Positions 60,375 through 64,000 of a DNA stretch of 64,000 nucleotides are shown piece by piece. The notes beneath the pieces were generated by a model. That model saw only the letters and a list, made by a program, of their open reading frames with translations, was not told the origin of the DNA and did no database searches. Origin of the DNA: Octopus sinensis (Eukaryota). Made by a program: the position numbers and the translations under genes. Position 1 is the first letter of the stretch; each line of letters starts with the position of its first letter. The stretch is from the NCBI RefSeq assembly GCF_006345805.1, contig NC_043016.1, positions 17,050,001 through 17,114,000 on the forward strand, written 5' to 3'.

Positions 60375-61090
60375 AGTTACTCTCTTGACTGTGGCCATGC
60401 TGGAGCACTGCATTTAGTCGAGCAAATCGACCCCAGGACTTATTCTTTGGAAGCGGAAGCCTAGTACTCATTCTATAGGTCTCTTTTGCCGAACCGCTAA
60501 GTTACGGGGATGTAAACACACCAGCATATCGGTTATCAAGCGATGTTGGGGGGACAAAGAGACACACAAACATATACACACACATACATATATATACATA
60601 TATGTATATATACTCTCTCTCTTTTACTTGTTTCAGTCATTTGACTGCGGCCATGCTGGAGCACCGCCTTTAGTCGAGCAAATCGACCCCGGGACTTATT
60701 CTTTGTAAGCCTAGTACTTATTCTATCGGTCGCTTTTGCCGAACCGCTAAGTTACGGGGATGTAAACACACCAGCATATCGGTTATCAAGCGATGTTGGG
60801 GGGACAAACAGACACACAAACATATACACACACATACATATATATACATATATGTATATATACTCTCTCTCTTTTACTTGTTTCAGTCATTTGACTGCGG
60901 CCATGCTGGAGCACCGCCTTTAGTCGAGCAAATCGACCCCGGGACTTATTCTTTGTAAGCCTAGTACTTATTCTATCGGTCTCTCTTGCCGAACCGCTAA
61001 TTTACAGGGATGTAAACACACCAGCATATCTGTTATCAAGCGATGTTGGGGGGACAAACACAGACACACAAACATATACACATACATACA
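60375..61090 (-). mobile_element. Three tandem SINE S1 3' halves (240-bp period)
   Basis: 60617-60850 is repeated at 60857-61090. Confidence 0.9.
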
Positions 61091-61096
61091 TATATA

Positions 61097-61213
61097 TCTT
61101 TATATATAAAAGTGAAGTTGTGTGTCTGTCTCCTACGATTTAGATTCCTAAATACTCCCACATTTTGCGGTGCAGTTTAACCAAAAGCGGGTATCTTATA
61201 GTCGTGATTCATA
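61097..61213 (+). mobile_element. Helitron family A 5' fragment
   Basis: A|TCtttatatataaaagtgaagttgtgtgtc. Confidence 0.8.
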
Positions 61214-61456
61214 TTATACCTACTACCAACAAAACAGCACCACATGGATTCTATTGAGACCAGTAAGAAACAATTATGAACTTTTTTTATTACACTTTAC
61301 TTTTTATAATATTTTTGATAAGGTTCGTCTTTTCAAGAACCGAAACATGTAAAATTCATAAGAAAATTAAAATTTATCTAATATAGTGGCGTTTTCAAAC
61401 TTCTTTTTTACAAATATATACCTACTCGTATACGATCTACTCTTATTATAAATATA

Positions 61457-61665
61457 TATATATATATATATATATAGTTAATCCAAACAAGAAAGCACAA
61501 AAAAACACAACAACGCGAGGACGTGGAACAGATATAGTATTATTGGACGCTCAGGAAAGAAGGGAAGAAGGAGGGTTTAACGTTTCGAGCGGAGCTCTTC
61601 GTCGGAAACATAGGAGAAGGAAAGATCCAGAGAAGGGAAGACAGAGAAAAAAAAATCGCCAACCA
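61457..61665 (-). mobile_element. Penelope-like terminal repeat fragment with a degenerate minimal hammerhead motif
   Basis: Minus strand gttt-CCGACGA-a-gagc-tcc-gctc-GAAACGTT-aaac at 61609-61575; (TA)n on both sides. Confidence 0.5.
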
Positions 61666-61794
61666 AATATATATATATATATATATATAGAAATATTAAA
61701 ATTACTAAGTCTCTCTAAAAGACAGCTTTTAGTCTTATATCTATAAGACTGCCATATTAATATGGCGATAACAATTAATATATATATATATATA

Positions 61795-61895
61795 CTATAG
61801 TAGAAGACAATTGCCCAAGGTGCCACGCAGTGGGACTGAACCCGAAACCATGTGGTTCGTAAGCAAGCTACTTACCACACAGCCACTCCTACGCT
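61795..61895 (-). mobile_element. SINE S1 head fragment
   Basis: ctatagtagaagac...ccacacagccactcc. Confidence 0.85.
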
Positions 61896-62334
61896 CATAT
61901 GTATGTTTGTATATGTATGTGTTTTTTATGGAAGCACACTCACGGACATAAGTACATGACCGTCCGCAAATATACATGTACATTCTTTTTGAAACTATCT
62001 GATAGAAACCGCATCTTTGATCACTTTCAAGTTTTATCGGATGTGACAGGATGATAGATCTGCTACGGTCTTACGCTAACGCCGCCTCTTCTGAATTAGA
62101 TTTGACAGCCAATATCTGCGGCATGAACCAGAGAATAATAATGAAAACAGCAGAATTTGCTATACAAACATTTAGCTTCAACGATATACGATCAGAGATC
62201 TCAATCTATCTTTATAGGACGAATGGAAGATCAAAGACTTCAATTCAAAGATTGCTGGGGCCAAATTATAACCACTCCCCAACACACACAGTAACCCCAA
62301 ACCACACCAAGTTATTGTTGTTACGATGTTGATA

Positions 62335-62992
62335 TTGGCTTTGGAGAGCTGGCAGAACCGTTAGCACGCCGGGCGAAATGCGTAGCCGTGTTTCGTCTGC
62401 CTTACGTTCTGAGTTCAAATTCCGCCGGGGTCGGCTTTGCCTTTCATCCTTTCGGATGTGTTTAGCCCCTTGTGGGTAGTAAAGAAATAGGTATTTCGTA
62501 TGCAGCTACGTTCTGAGTTCAAATTCCGCCGAGGTCGACTTTGCTTTCATCCTTTTGAGGTCGATTAAATAAATACCAGTTACGCACTGGGGTCGATATA
62601 ATCGAATTAATCCGTTTGTCCTCTCTGTGTTTAGCCCCTTGTGGGTAGGGTAGTAAAGAAATAGGTATTTTGTCTGCCGCGACGTTCTGAGTTCAAATTC
62701 CGCGGAGGTCGACTTTGCCTTTCATCCTTTCGGCGTCGATTAAATAAGTACCAGTTACGCACTAGGGTCGATATAATCGAATTAATCCGTTTGTCTGTCC
62801 TTGTTTGTCCACTCTATGTTTAGCCCCTTGTGGGTAGTAAAGAAATAGGTATTTCGTCTGCCGTTACGTTCTGAGTTCAAATTCCGCCGAGGCCGACTTT
62901 GCCTTTCATCCTTTCGGGGTCGATTAAATAAGTACCAGTTACGCACTGGGGTCGATATAATCGACTCAATCCTTTTGTCCGTCCTTGTTTGC
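62335..62992 (+). mobile_element. SINE S3 with ~4 tandem body units
   Basis: gagctggcagaaccgttagcacgccgggcg head; gagttcaaattccgc...gtcgactttgcc repeated. Confidence 0.85.
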
Positions 62993-63890
62993 CTTTTGAA
63001 GGCCAGATTTCAACACAATTTCTAGTTAACTAAACACTTTTAAACTTCGTATACTGGTAGAATGTGTCAAAATAAAACATTTTTTTCTCTTGGCTTTCTT
63101 GAGAAAATTGTAATTTGTAAGTTTAATGTAGTTTAATTTTTCGAATTTTAACATTATTTGGATCTTTTCCTTTTGAACGGCAGTTTTCAACACAATTTCT
63201 GGTTAACTAAACACTTTTGAACTTCGTATACTGGTAGAATGTGTTTATAAAACAGCATTTTCTCTTGGTTTTATTGAGAAAATTCTATAGTTTGTAACAT
63301 ATTTCCACTTTAAAATCGAGCATTTGGGCAATTTTAACCAATCGCTGACCTCCATTGACGTAAACAACATTCCGTGCTGTATGAATATATCTCTCCTTTT
63401 GCGAAGAAAAAAGATACCTTTCCCCCAACCCTAACCCTAACCCTAACCCTAACTCTAAACCTAACTCTAAAATAGATTGAAATGCAATAGATCGATACTA
63501 GGGTTATAATTATGGGTGACAATTTCATTTGACACCGCTAGAAAAAATCCCATTTTCCGTAGCGGTGTCGTATGAAATTGTCACCCATAATTATAACCCT
63601 AGTATCGATCTAGGATCTTTTGCTTTTGAACGGCAGTTTTCAACACAATTTCTTGTTAACTAAATACTTTTAAACTTTGTATACTGGTAGAATGTGTTTA
63701 TAAAACATCATTTTTTCTTGGCTTTATTGAAAAAATTCTATAGTTTGTAAGATATTTCGTCTGAAAATCCGAGCATTTCGGCAATTTAAACCTATCGATT
63801 ACCTCCATTTAGGTAAACAACATTTGCTGCGTCTAAAACTGAGACAACATCCTGTAACTAACCCTAAACCTCCCCCTAACCCTAAATTTT
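62993..63890. repeat. Unclassified repeat: three related units with (CCCTAA)n and a 53-bp inverted repeat
   Basis: ttttgaa-ggc...caacacaatttc...gtatactggtagaatgtgt at ~62993, ~63172 and ~63625; (CCCTAA)4 at 63429-63452; IR arms 63488-63540 and 63560-63612. Confidence 0.75.
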
Positions 63891-63899
63891 TTTTTCTAA

Positions 63900-64000
63900 A
63901 TTTACTCTTTACTCTTTTACTCTTTTACTTGTTTCAGTCATATGACTGCGGCCATGCTGGAGCACCGCCTTTTAATCGAGCAAATCGACCCCGGAACTTA
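63900..64000 (-). mobile_element. SINE S1 3' end, running off the window
   Basis: (ttactctt)n-ttacttgtttcagtc... Confidence 0.85.

Noticed and set aside
62051-62332. 93-aa ORF in non-repetitive sequence
   Set aside because: No recognisable domain or splice context, and it is on the strand opposite the host gene.
63429-63452. Chromosome end (telomere)
   Set aside because: Only four perfect hexamers, internal and embedded in a repeat unit; interstitial.

Overview
Eukaryotic, repeat-dominated DNA. The SINE families and the AT/CA microsatellite load look like a cephalopod (octopus-type) genome; this is an inference. There are no prokaryotic genes or CRISPR arrays, and nearly all ORFs in the supplied track are artefacts of repeats. 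The only host coding sequence I can support is one 210-bp minus-strand exon (57669-57878) for the start of a KIF26/kinesin-11 motor domain, so most of the window is probably intronic. Main contents: (1) a ~13.2-kb array of a 113-bp satellite fused directly to a ~2.2-kb array of a 43-bp satellite, with the switch falling inside a 17-bp motif both share (AAGACC-N4-GAGGCAA); (2) a 5'-truncated Tx1-type LINE ORF2 plus two fragments, two of the three copies sitting in (GATA)n; (3) many non-autonomous Helitrons, including a head-to-tail array and a decayed PIF1-helicase fragment with the same 3' hairpin; (4) at least four SINE-type families, often tandem or inverted; (5) two type-I hammerhead ribozyme folds with intact cores (58732-58830, 36865-36950) and one degenerate one (61575-61609); (6) a near-perfect hairpin with 53-bp arms beside (CCCTAA)n. 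All folds and alignments were done by eye.
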